DNA from: Calditrichota bacterium
Lineage (GTDB): Bacteria; Electryoneota; AABM5-125-24; Hatepunaeales; Hatepunaeaceae
Direction: 5' to 3'
Assembly (NCBI GenBank): GCA_016867835.1
Contig: VGIQ01000001.1
Coordinates: 10,094 to 74,093, forward strand
DNA: 64,000 bases
Shown here: piece by piece, positions 54,302 to 63,561 of the stretch
How positions within the stretch are numbered: position 1 is the stretch's first letter
How the letters are laid out: each line of letters begins with the position of its first letter
Position numbers and translations under genes: made by a program
Notes under the pieces: model-generated
The model's input: only the letters and a program-made list of their open reading frames with translations
The model's database searches: none
What the model was told of the DNA's origin: nothing

Positions 54302-55948
54302 TCAGCCGCGACTCACATCCGCGACCGCATCGACCAACGCCGGCACAACCGGCATCACGAGATCGCCCGACTGCTCGCCCATCAGACAGATCTGCAGCCA
54401 GTTGCGGGCGACCAGGTAATAACTGCGGTAACTGAGCAAATAGCCCTTCTCCATCATCCGGTCGCCGACCTTGACGGAGTCGATCCCGGGCGGAAAGACA
54501 ATCGTAATAACCGCAGGGGAGTAGATCTGGTCCTCGCCGACGAGATTGAATCCCGCCGCCCGAAGTTCTGCACGAAGGCGGGTCGATAGTGCGCTTTTCG
54601 CGGTGGACGATTCGACATTACCGGCGGTCTCAAGAGCCCTCTTCAAGGCATAGACGAGGTTCGTCGAGATGGTGTAGGGAAGCCCCTGATGCTCCGCATA
54701 GTAGCCTATGTCGAGGTATCTCGGGAGGCGCTGCGGCTGGGGACGCACCCGGTGATTGTAAAAGATCAGGGCGAGACCGGGAAACCCGGCGAGGGCTTTA
54801 CCCGATACCGATGCCGCCATATAGACGCCGCGCAGATCAAGCGGCACCGCGCCGAGGCTGCTCATGCAGTCGAGGCAGAGTTTGATCCCGCGTTGACGAC
54901 AAATGCGTTTGACGCCGGGAAGATCGTTGACGATCCCTGACGAGGTCTCACAGTGCACCATCCAGAGCCACTTCACTGACCCCATCCGGTCGAGTTTGCG
55001 GGCGATCCGGTCGAGCGGCAGCGGCTCGCCCCATTCCGATTTAAGGACCTTATAATCGAGTTGCCAGCGACGGGCGTGATCGACCAACCGGCCTCCAAAT
55101 TCACCGTTGGTGACGACCAGTCCTCGTCCTTTCAAGCCTGCAATCTGACCGGCAACGGTGTCATTGCCAAGCGTTCCCGAGCCCATTAGAATCTCGACGA
55201 ACTTCGCCCCCGAAAGACGCCTTAGGGACTCCTTGATCAACTGGACATCGGCGACGAACTGAGCCCCGCGATGCGACACCGGCAGATCGGCAAAGACCCT
55301 CCGGACGTCCTGTGAGATCGCTACCGGGCCGGGCATGAGGTTGACTTTAGGCAGGAGCGCCACGTCGGCGGCGCCGTTGGGGGAGAATTCCGGCAGCCGC
55401 GTAGCAAAGTCCTCCAGGGTCAGCATCATCGGCTGGAACTGCGCTTCACCAGTCCCGACCAGATGCGCAAAGGGCTTGAACCCCAGATGGCGGTAAAGTT
55501 TGATCTGTCTGGTGGTGCCGGAAATGAGTGCGAGGTTGTAGCCTTTGGTGCGGGAGTACTCGATCAATTTCAGAATGAGCCCTTGCAGCAGCGTCGCGCC
55601 GCGGTGCGCCGGGTCGATGGTCAAAAGGCGGATTTCGCAAGCCGTCCGGCCGGGCGGGATGAAGGTATTCAGGTTGGATAACTTGGCATCGAGCGAAAAG
55701 GGGCGCTTGTCCCGCATCGCCAGCATTCCGATGACCTGCTGCTCTTTCACGGCGATGACGTAGGTGTTCTCGGTGTGAAACTTATCGACCAGAACGCCTT
55801 CGCCGTTAGGATTGTGCTGGGGTATCTCCTCTACAAACGCCCGGTAGTTGAGCCGGTGAATCTGCTCAAACTCCCACGGCTCGGTGGCGATCCTAAAGGT
55901 GAATCCGGTTGGCGTGGACATAGATGGAATCTTTTTGCTCAAGTGCAA
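54302..55948 (-). CDS. fusion of an N-terminal GNAT-like domain and a C-terminal class V (AGXT-like) PLP-dependent aminotransferase
   Basis: N-terminal ~170 aa is acetyltransferase-like. The C-terminal ~370 aa shows a class-V fold pattern (GSGTLGNDTVAG ... SSGIVNDL ... SGKALAGFPG). Confidence 0.55.
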   Translation of the reverse strand: MHLSKKIPSMSTPTGFTFRIATEPWEFEQIHRLNYRAFVEEIPQHNPNGEGVLVDKFHTENTYVIAVKEQQVIGMLAMRDKRPFSLDAKLSNLNTFIPPGRTACEIRLLTIDPAHRGATLLQGLILKLIEYSRTKGYNLALISGTTRQIKLYRHLGFKPFAHLVGTGEAQFQPMMLTLEDFATRLPEFSPNGAADVALLPKVNLMPGPVAISQDVRRVFADLPVSHRGAQFVADVQLIKESLRRLSGAKFVEILMGSGTLGNDTVAGQIAGLKGRGLVVTNGEFGGRLVDHARRWQLDYKVLKSEWGEPLPLDRIARKLDRMGSVKWLWMVHCETSSGIVNDLPGVKRICRQRGIKLCLDCMSSLGAVPLDLRGVYMAASVSGKALAGFPGLALIFYNHRVRPQPQRLPRYLDIGYYAEHQGLPYTISTNLVYALKRALETAGNVESSTAKSALSTRLRAELRAAGFNLVGEDQIYSPAVITIVFPPGIDSVKVGDRMMEKGYLLSYRSYYLVARNWLQICLMGEQSGDLVMPVVPALVDAVADVSRG

Positions 55949-56019
55949 AATGCTGAGTGCTCGAGTGTTGGTGCAAGGTGCTCAAGTGCTCCTTTGTTGA
56001 ATGCACGAGTGCCGGGCAC

Positions 56020-57159
56020 TCAGTCCTGCTGGCTGCCGCTCAGGAACCCGGCTGAGAACATCCGCTCCATCTCGGGATCGGTGAACCTGCCGTCTTTACG
56101 AATCAACTTGCCGTCGAACCAAACCTCGCCGCCGCCGTATTCGGGACGCTGAATAAGGACCAGATCCCAATGCACTGCCGACCGGTTGCCGTTGTCGGTT
56201 TCCTCATAAGCCTGTCCGGGGGTGAAGTGGAGCGAGCCGGCGATCTTCTCGTCGAATAGAGTATCCTTCATCGGGTGCAGGATGAAGGGATTCAGTCCGA
56301 GCGAGAATTCGCCGATGTAACGGGCGCCTTCGTCGGTGTCCAGGATGCGGTTCAATTTCTCGGTCTGCGGCCCGGCGGTCGCTTCGACGATCTTGCCGTC
56401 CTTAAAGACGAACCGGATATTCTCGTAGATATGCCCCTGGTAGAGCGACGGGGTGTTATACTGGATGGTGCCGTTCACCGACGTCCGCACCGGCGCGGTG
56501 AAAACTTCGCCGTCCGGGACGTTGCGGTGGCCGTCGCATTTGCGCGGGGGGACGCCCTGGATAGAGAACGACAGGTCGGTGCCGGGAGCGGTGATGCGCA
56601 CCTGATCGGTCGCGTCCATCAGGGCAAAGAGGCGGTCCTGCGCCGCCGACATCCGGTCGTAGTCGAGGATGCAGACCCGATAGTAGTAATCGGCGAAGGT
56701 CTCTTGAGGCTGCTGCGCAAGTTGCGCCATGGCGTTGTTGGGATACCTTAGGACGACCCAGCGGGTCTTTTTGACACGCTGTTCGAGGTGCACCGGGTGA
56801 TAGAAGAGGCGGTTGAACCGCTCGAGTTGCGCCGGCAGAATGTCAGCCAGATCGAATGGGTTGTCCGATCCACGCAGACCGATGTAGCAATCGGCGCGGG
56901 TCATCAGTTCGAGGTGCAGTTCCGCCTGCCGCTTCATCTGATCGTCCGTAGCCCCGGCGATGAATTGGCGCAGGAGCGACTCGTCGCTGTAGAACCAAAA
57001 GGGCGTCGCTCCGCGCTCGGTCGTCAGACGCAGAACGGACTTGGCGAGGTCGAGCGTCTCCCTACCCTTGACTTCGAGATAGAGCGTCTCGCCAGGCTTC
57101 AGGGCGAGTGAATAGTCGAGCAGGATGCTTGCGAGGCGGTCGTTGCGGGGATCAGGCAT
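56020..57159 (-). CDS. M29-family aminopeptidase (aminopeptidase T/S-like)
   Basis: MPDPRNDRLASILLDYSLALKPGETLYL N-terminus is typical of AmpS/PepS. Start chosen at the internal Met 57159; the ORF opens at 57282. Confidence 0.7.
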   Translation of the reverse strand: MPDPRNDRLASILLDYSLALKPGETLYLEVKGRETLDLAKSVLRLTTERGATPFWFYSDESLLRQFIAGATDDQMKRQAELHLELMTRADCYIGLRGSDNPFDLADILPAQLERFNRLFYHPVHLEQRVKKTRWVVLRYPNNAMAQLAQQPQETFADYYYRVCILDYDRMSAAQDRLFALMDATDQVRITAPGTDLSFSIQGVPPRKCDGHRNVPDGEVFTAPVRTSVNGTIQYNTPSLYQGHIYENIRFVFKDGKIVEATAGPQTEKLNRILDTDEGARYIGEFSLGLNPFILHPMKDTLFDEKIAGSLHFTPGQAYEETDNGNRSAVHWDLVLIQRPEYGGGEVWFDGKLIRKDGRFTDPEMERMFSAGFLSGSQQD

Positions 57160-57346
57160 AGGATATGAGTATCGAAGGACGATTAACGAATAACGAACCA
57201 CAACTCTCTTCAGCAAGTCAATATAAGCGCTCAAGCCCGGTTGGACAAGAGGACTTGAAGCCCAAGCCTGGGTATCTGTCATCCCGGCGTATCGTCATAA
57301 GAGGTGGCTTTGAATGGCGGGCGCTTGAAATTATATTAAAGGACTT

Positions 57347-57670
57347 ATGAAACTAACCGAGTGGAATCTGGAACAACTCGATCAAGCCCTTGCCGCCGAT
57401 TTAGGGCCGTTGCTCGCGGCCTTTATGGCACCGTGGTGCGAGCCGTGCCGCACCGTCGCTCCGCTGCTCGAAGGCGTTGATGAAGACTTTAACGGCCGGG
57501 TCCAACTGGTGCGAATCGACATCGAAGAGCATTCCTCCCTCGCGAGTCGTTATCGCATCCGCGCCATACCGACCTTGATCCTCTTCGTCAAGGGCGCCGA
57601 ACGAGGCCGCATTGTCGGAGCCGCCGCCCGGACGGAAATCGTCAAACGGGTGCGGAACCTGATGCTCTAA
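57347..57670 (+). CDS. trxA: thioredoxin
   Basis: FMAPWCEPCR (WCxPC). Confidence 0.85.
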   Translation: MKLTEWNLEQLDQALAADLGPLLAAFMAPWCEPCRTVAPLLEGVDEDFNGRVQLVRIDIEEHSSLASRYRIRAIPTLILFVKGAERGRIVGAAARTEIVKRVRNLML

Positions 57671-57795
57671 TGTTAGTGTTAATGCTAATGTCAACGATGA
57701 CAAGCCGGGGCTGCGGGGGGATTCCGGCGATCCCTGCCGATCTTATGTTTGGTGCTTGCCAATGAACCACTCGCCCCGATTCGGAACCGCCTGAA

Positions 57796-58755
57796 ATGCC
57801 GCGCGTTCGTCGGGTCGAACCGCGTCCTTCCCGACCCCCCCGGTCTCGCAAAGGCCGGTTCACCTACTTCCTCTTTCTTATCCTGATTGCCCTTCTGGCG
57901 CTCGATTGGCAGTTTCGCCTGACCGAACGTATCATTGGGCGGCATCTGGTGCGGCACAACGACGAGCGCGAGCCGTGGGGAACGCTCTGGACGATGGAGG
58001 AGAAAGCGCGCACTGCATCGCGTCGAATGGAGGAAGAGTCGGCTCAACTCGGCCTCTTGCGCGAACGGGCTGACCGTGCCGGGTCGTTCGGCGAGATTGC
58101 AGAACTGCTCGGCGACGGTGAAACCGTCGTCCTGTCGCCTTCCCGCTTCGTAAGCCTCTATTTGGCGCTGCCGGAGATGCTCCGGCCGGATTTGATCCCG
58201 CCCAAAGACCTCCTGGCGCATTACTATACCAGTGACTGGCGGCGCACGCTCCTGACCCGCCCGGGCGGGCTGGTAGCGGGCTGCCGCGCAGTGCTGCTCG
58301 ACGCTCACGACCAGCCGCTCCTGACACTTCACCTTGAGCCGCGATTTCTCTTCACTTCAGCAAAAGCCCGCACTTTGGCGACCGGCGGACTGGCGGCCGA
58401 TCCGGCATTCGCCGGTCGCATCTACCCCGGCGAGAAATTCATCCAGTATCTCTTCATTCTGCCCGAAGCCGACCGCAACAACCTTTTCCCGGACCCCGAG
58501 ATGCTCCTGTCGCTTCCCAAGCCGCTGCGCTATGTCGGATTGGCGCCCGAGCGAGGAGATGGGTTTGCGGTCATCGGATTCGAAGCCGCTGGCGAGGCGG
58601 GTCCGGTCGTCGCAACGCACCCGATCTCACCCCGCACCTTCGAACGGCTCGCATTTGCATTGACCTGGGAGGGCAGCGATACGCTCTTTGCGCCCTCGTC
58701 CGACGGCGGTGAAGCCTACCCTGTCGAGCCTGACGAATCCGAGGTCGGGGAGTAG
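57796..58755 (+). CDS. hypothetical membrane-anchored protein
   Basis: N-terminal TM (FTYFLFLILIALLALDW). 319 aa. No motif recognised. Confidence 0.45.
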   Translation: MPRVRRVEPRPSRPPRSRKGRFTYFLFLILIALLALDWQFRLTERIIGRHLVRHNDEREPWGTLWTMEEKARTASRRMEEESAQLGLLRERADRAGSFGEIAELLGDGETVVLSPSRFVSLYLALPEMLRPDLIPPKDLLAHYYTSDWRRTLLTRPGGLVAGCRAVLLDAHDQPLLTLHLEPRFLFTSAKARTLATGGLAADPAFAGRIYPGEKFIQYLFILPEADRNNLFPDPEMLLSLPKPLRYVGLAPERGDGFAVIGFEAAGEAGPVVATHPISPRTFERLAFALTWEGSDTLFAPSSDGGEAYPVEPDESEVGE

Positions 58756-58757
58756 CG

Positions 58758-60728
58758 ATGCGGCGGCTGCTCATAGTGGTCAACCTGCTGATACTGATCG
58801 TCATAGCGGGCGGTGTCGCAGCCTACTATCGACTGGCGCCCGGCATTCCGCGGTTGCCGGACGACCTGCGGCTTTTGGCTTCCACCCCTGCGACGGAAGT
58901 CTATAGCCGGGGCGGAGAACTGCTGGGCCGACTGGGTGGACGCCATTATATCGCCCTCGACCGAATATCGCCGCACTTCCTGAACGCTGTCGTTGCCGCC
59001 GAAGACCGGCGGTTCTTCGAGCATCGGGGCATCGACCGAATTGCGACGGTGCGGGCGCTGTGGCAGAATCTGCGGCAGCGCGGCGACGCCCCGGGCGGTT
59101 CGTCTATCACCCAGCAACTTGCCAAGAACCTCTTCTTCTCCTTCAAGCGGTCCTGGGAGCGCAAGGCGCTCGAAGCGCTCACCGCCTTCGCCATTGAGGC
59201 GCGATTCTCTAAGGAGGAGATCCTTGAAGCCTACTGCAATCTGGTCTATTTCGGGCGGTTTGCTTACGGCGTCGAACGGGCATCGCGCACCTATTTCAAC
59301 AAGCATGCCCGGCAGTTGGAACTGCACGAAGCGGCGCTGTTGGCCGGTCTCCCAAATGCCCCGGCGCGGCTCGATCCGTTCAGCAACCCGGATCAGGCGC
59401 GCGAGCGGCAGCGGCTCATCCTTGAGCGAATGGCCCGTGCCGGCTATATTGAGTGGCGACAGATCGACAGTCTGACTGCCCGGCCGGTGACGCTCTCAAA
59501 TGCCGCTCCGCCGCCGGAGAGGGGTTCGTTTGCCGTAGATGCCGCACTCGAAGGGGCTCGCGGCAGGTTGAGTGGCGACCTCGTCAATTACGGCGGGGTG
59601 AAGATTTACACCACCATTGACCCACGTCTGCAGCGGATTGCCGAGCGCAAGGTCGCAGCCGGCGTCGATCTCCTCGAGCGCAGCATTCGTCCTCCTAAGG
59701 TGGGTGAAGACCCCTCCGGCCGGCTCGAAGGCGGTCTCGTCGCCGTTGAAGTGAAGAGCGGCCAAATCGTCGCTCTGGTCGGCGGCCGCAACTACCTCGA
59801 CAGCCCCTATAACCGCGCCACCCGGTCGCGCCGCCAGCCCGGTTCAGCCTTCAAGCCGGTGATCTACCTAACCGCTCTTGAGCAGGGCAACATTACGCCG
59901 GCATCAGTCTATCGCGATGAACCGGTTGCGCTCAAGATCGACTCGCGACGCACCTGGAGGCCGACCAATTTCGATAAGCGCTTCACCGGCCCGGTGGTGC
60001 TGAAACTTGCGCTGATGAAGTCGATCAACACCGTTGCCGCGCAGTTGATAAGTGAGACCGGCCCCGATAAGGTGATCGCCACCGCCCGCCGACTCGGCAT
60101 TGAGTCGCCGCTCGAGCCGCATCTGTCGCTGGCACTCGGCTCGACCGGGCTCACCATGGTCGAAATGGCGACCGCGATTGCGACCATCGCTCGGGAGGGC
60201 TACTTCATCGAGTCGCGCCTCCTGTCGCGAATAGAGGGCCCCGGCGGCGAGACCCTGGCGTCGCTTGCATCTGCCGGTGAGCAGCGTTTCGACCCGGAGA
60301 CGACTTATATGCTTATCGATATGCTGTCCGGCGTCCTCGATAGCGGCACCGGGACAATTGTGAGGCGGCGCGGATTCAGCGGGACGGCGTTCGGCAAAAC
60401 CGGAACCTCGAGCGACTACCGGGATAGTTGGTTCGTCGGAGCCAGTCCGCATCTGGCTGTGGTCGCCTGGGTAGGCTACGACGACAACCGCAAGATGTAT
60501 CTGAAGAACGGCGTCGGCGTTACCGGCGCTTCGGGGGCAGCGCCAATCTGGGCCGACTTTATGATCGCCGCGACGGAAGGCGATCCGCCGCGCGAGTTTC
60601 AGGTGCCCGACGGTGTCGAACGTTCTTTCGTAGAACCTGTTACCGGGCGCGTCAGTCGCAACTATCTGGACGGGTATCTGCCGGTAATGCTCAAATCGGA
60701 GTCTAAATCGGGGTGGTTTGGGTTTTGA
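58758..60728 (+). CDS. class A penicillin-binding protein (GT51 transglycosylase + transpeptidase)
   Basis: VVAAEDRRFFEHRGID is the GT51 motif. SAFKP (SxxK), SIN, KTGTS. Confidence 0.85.
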   Translation: MRRLLIVVNLLILIVIAGGVAAYYRLAPGIPRLPDDLRLLASTPATEVYSRGGELLGRLGGRHYIALDRISPHFLNAVVAAEDRRFFEHRGIDRIATVRALWQNLRQRGDAPGGSSITQQLAKNLFFSFKRSWERKALEALTAFAIEARFSKEEILEAYCNLVYFGRFAYGVERASRTYFNKHARQLELHEAALLAGLPNAPARLDPFSNPDQARERQRLILERMARAGYIEWRQIDSLTARPVTLSNAAPPPERGSFAVDAALEGARGRLSGDLVNYGGVKIYTTIDPRLQRIAERKVAAGVDLLERSIRPPKVGEDPSGRLEGGLVAVEVKSGQIVALVGGRNYLDSPYNRATRSRRQPGSAFKPVIYLTALEQGNITPASVYRDEPVALKIDSRRTWRPTNFDKRFTGPVVLKLALMKSINTVAAQLISETGPDKVIATARRLGIESPLEPHLSLALGSTGLTMVEMATAIATIAREGYFIESRLLSRIEGPGGETLASLASAGEQRFDPETTYMLIDMLSGVLDSGTGTIVRRRGFSGTAFGKTGTSSDYRDSWFVGASPHLAVVAWVGYDDNRKMYLKNGVGVTGASGAAPIWADFMIAATEGDPPREFQVPDGVERSFVEPVTGRVSRNYLDGYLPVMLKSESKSGWFGF

Positions 60729-61822
60729 AGGGAAGGCGATTAAGTGCCGTGGGTCGGGCGATGATTCTGATCCTGCTGACCGCGAGCGTTTCGCTTGCTG
60801 CCGGACCTCCCTATATCTGCGCAGTCTGCGGCAAAGAGATCACCCGTCAAGCCGGCGTCGTCGATGGCAAACTCTACCATCCCGAGTGCTTCCGCTGCAC
60901 CACCTGCGGCGAAGCCATCCAGGGCGACTACTTCCGCGACAATGACGGGAAGTATCACCACAAGGGCTGTTTTGAAGCCCGCAACCGGCCGGTATGCGCC
61001 TGGTGCGGGCGCGTAATACTCGACCGCAAATACACCGGCTACCGGGGAAAGTCCTACCACAACGACTGCTTCAAGCGACGGGTGGCGCCGATTTGCGACA
61101 TCTGCGGCGAAGCCCTCACCGACTCCTCCATCACCGACTTCTGGGGCACCCAGTTTCATTCCCGACACGCCGGGGAATTCCCTATTTGCACGGTCTGCGG
61201 ACGGCTTATCGCTCGCGACGGACGGATTATCGCCAGGGGGCGGCATCTCTGCCCGATCTGCCTCGAAACGGCGGTCACCGATCCGGCCGCTGCCCGGGCG
61301 CTGCTTGAGGAAGTGCGCGAACAACTTGCCTCAATAGGGATCGTAGTGACGACGCTCGGTCTCCGGATCGAACTGGTAACCGGCGAATGGCTTGCCGCAA
61401 GCCGCAGCAGCGACGTCGTCGGGCCGCATCCTTACGCCGCGACGCGCTGGCAGGCCGGCAATCCCCGCGACGGCGACGAAACAGCAGTCATCTATGTCCA
61501 AACCAGCCTGCCCGAAGATCTAACGCGCGGCATCATTGCCCACGAGATGATGCATGTCTGGCAGCATGAACACCGTGCCGACAACCTCCCGTCAGACTTG
61601 CGCGAAGGCAGCGCCAACTGGGCTTCATCGCTGATCTACAATCGCTCCGGCACCGGTCGCGGGCGATTCTTTATCAACAACTTCGAGAAGTCGCCTGACC
61701 CGGTCTATGGCGAAGGCTATCGCAAGATCGGCAGGTATGCCGACAGCCGCGGCGTCGAAGGGGTGCTCGATCTGCTGCGCATCGAGAGCGCACTGGCAGG
61801 ATCGGGGCGAGGACGGAGATAG
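60713..61822 (+). CDS. LIM-like tandem zinc-finger protein with C-terminal DA1-like HEMMH zinc-peptidase motif
   Basis: Repeated CxxCG...H..CFxCxxCG units followed by AHEMMHVWQHEH. A signal-like MILILLTASVSLAAG suggests a start near 60761. Confidence 0.5.
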   Translation: MVWVLKGRRLSAVGRAMILILLTASVSLAAGPPYICAVCGKEITRQAGVVDGKLYHPECFRCTTCGEAIQGDYFRDNDGKYHHKGCFEARNRPVCAWCGRVILDRKYTGYRGKSYHNDCFKRRVAPICDICGEALTDSSITDFWGTQFHSRHAGEFPICTVCGRLIARDGRIIARGRHLCPICLETAVTDPAAARALLEEVREQLASIGIVVTTLGLRIELVTGEWLAASRSSDVVGPHPYAATRWQAGNPRDGDETAVIYVQTSLPEDLTRGIIAHEMMHVWQHEHRADNLPSDLREGSANWASSLIYNRSGTGRGRFFINNFEKSPDPVYGEGYRKIGRYADSRGVEGVLDLLRIESALAGSGRGRR

Positions 61823-61962
61823 CAATCAAGTATCAAGTGTCAAGTGTCAAGTGATCGAGAGTCCTGTTGTCAGTGATCGGGGTTGGAGGTTAAAAGACCT
61901 ACCGGCAAAAAAGTCCTCCCTCGGCTCCTTCCTTAATCCAGTAATTTCCACTACTTAAGCCT

Positions 61963-61977
61963 TACGTCCCGCTGGCA
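61963..61977 (+). promoter_or_regulatory. sigma-54 promoter TGGCAC-N5-TTGC upstream of flgB
   Basis: cTGGCACggcggTTGCTt, 47 nt upstream of the flgB start. Followed by a hairpin (ttgctttg...caaagcaa). Confidence 0.55.
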
Positions 61978-62023
61978 CGGCGGTTGCTTTGTTTCGCTGC
62001 GAAGGAAAAGCAAAGCCTGACCG

Positions 62024-62428
62024 ATGCTGAAAGAACTTCTTTTCGACGCGACGCACATCCCGATCCTGGGACGGGGCCTCGATGCCTACGCCCTCAGGCA
62101 GCGCGCTATTGCGTCAAACATCACCAATGCCGAAACACCCGGTTACGAGCGGCGCATCGTCAAGTTCGAGGACCAACTTCGGGAAGCGCTCGGCCAGAAG
62201 GCTCTCGCCGGTTCGGGCGACCGCCGCGGCTCGTCCGGGATGCGTCCCGATGCCGTCGAGCCGAAGATCGACTACGATCCCAAGCCGAGCGACATCAACG
62301 ACCTCAACAATGTCGATATCGACGCCGAGATGGCCGCACTCGCCGAAAACCACATGCAGTTCAACATGGCGGTGCGGCTACTGAAGCATAACTTCGAGAT
62401 GCTGAACCTCAGCATCCGCGGGCAGTAA
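62024..62428 (+). CDS. flgB: flagellar basal-body rod protein FlgB
   Basis: IASNITNAETPGYERR. Confidence 0.85.
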   Translation: MLKELLFDATHIPILGRGLDAYALRQRAIASNITNAETPGYERRIVKFEDQLREALGQKALAGSGDRRGSSGMRPDAVEPKIDYDPKPSDINDLNNVDIDAEMAALAENHMQFNMAVRLLKHNFEMLNLSIRGQ

Positions 62429-62429
62429 T

Positions 62430-62933
62430 ATGGAAAAAATTTCCGGCCTCTTCGCTTCGCTGAGGATAAGTTCATCCGGTCTGGCCGCTCAACGCCGGCG
62501 AATGAACATCATCGCCGAGAACCTCGCCAACGCCAACACCACCAAGACCGACGAAGGCGGGCCTTACAAGCGCAAGATCGTCCGCTTCTTTGAGCAATTG
62601 AAGAGCGCTGAAGTGCGGCGCGGTGCGGCAGAGCAGCGCGACGAGGGCTTAGAATCGACGAGCAGCGGGCATATCAGCGGCGGTTCCGGCAGCCAGGTGC
62701 TCCGGCGCACCTATTCCGGGGTTCGGATCGAAGTGGTGCAGGACAAGGCTGAGCCCGAGCGGGTCTATGATCCGACTCATCCCGACGCCGATGAAGCCGG
62801 ATACGTCGCTATGCCCAAGGTTGACACCATCGTCGAAATGGTCGATATGATCACCGCTGCGCGAGCCTACGAAGCCGGGGTCACGGCTATAAACACGGCC
62901 AAGGATATGGCACGCAAGGCTCTGGAAATATAG
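62430..62933 (+). CDS. flgC: flagellar basal-body rod protein FlgC
   Basis: RMNIIAENLANANTTKTDEGGPYKRK. C-terminal ITAARAYEAG. Confidence 0.85.
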   Translation: MEKISGLFASLRISSSGLAAQRRRMNIIAENLANANTTKTDEGGPYKRKIVRFFEQLKSAEVRRGAAEQRDEGLESTSSGHISGGSGSQVLRRTYSGVRIEVVQDKAEPERVYDPTHPDADEAGYVAMPKVDTIVEMVDMITAARAYEAGVTAINTAKDMARKALEI

Positions 62934-62936
62934 TCC

Positions 62937-63134
62937 ATGAATTCGACCGAACCGGTTCGTCCCGACTCCTCTGCAGTGCTTGCCTTACGCCGCGCAGCGC
63001 TTGAGGAGCAGACCGCCAGGGCTATCCAGCGGGCGCAGAAACAGTATCTGGCTAACAACTTGAACGGGAATTCGCCCCGCCTGCCGGCGCCTGGCCCGGC
63101 GCACCTCGGCTCGCGCATCGACGTGGAGGCATAG
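62937..63134 (+). CDS. small hypothetical ORF between flgC and fliE
   Basis: 65 aa, no motif. Tight spacing with neighbours suggests it is real but unproven. Confidence 0.3.
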   Translation: MNSTEPVRPDSSAVLALRRAALEEQTARAIQRAQKQYLANNLNGNSPRLPAPGPAHLGSRIDVEA

Positions 63135-63137
63135 CCC

Positions 63138-63452
63138 ATGGCTGACAACATCATCCGCCTCGACCAACTCCACCCCCCCCGGCTTCAACCCTCGGAGGTT
63201 AGGCCGCTCGCGACTCCGTCGCCTGCCGATCAACCCGGTTTTGGCGATGTCATCAAGAAACTGGTGAGCGACGTCAATTCTGCCCAGCAGTCGGCCGAGA
63301 CCGCGACCAACCAAATGATGACCGGCGAACTGGAAGACGTCCATCAGGTCGTAGTGGCTATGGAAGAGGCGCAGGTCAGTTTCCGGCTCTTGATGGAAGT
63401 GCGCAACCGGATGGTCGAAGCCTACAAAGAAGTGATGCGAATGCAAGTTTGA
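63138..63452 (+). CDS. fliE: flagellar hook-basal body complex protein FliE
   Basis: FGDVIKKLVSDVNSAQQSAETATNQMMTGE ... RNRMVEAYKEVMRMQV. Confidence 0.8.
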   Translation: MADNIIRLDQLHPPRLQPSEVRPLATPSPADQPGFGDVIKKLVSDVNSAQQSAETATNQMMTGELEDVHQVVVAMEEAQVSFRLLMEVRNRMVEAYKEVMRMQV

Positions 63453-63561
63453 TATATATGGCTTCAATCTTCTGGTCTTAGGCTTGAATGTCATGGCTTT
63501 AGGCTGATCCGACAACCGATCATTTGCTACGGCTCCAACTTCGTTTTTCAATTACGTTTCC

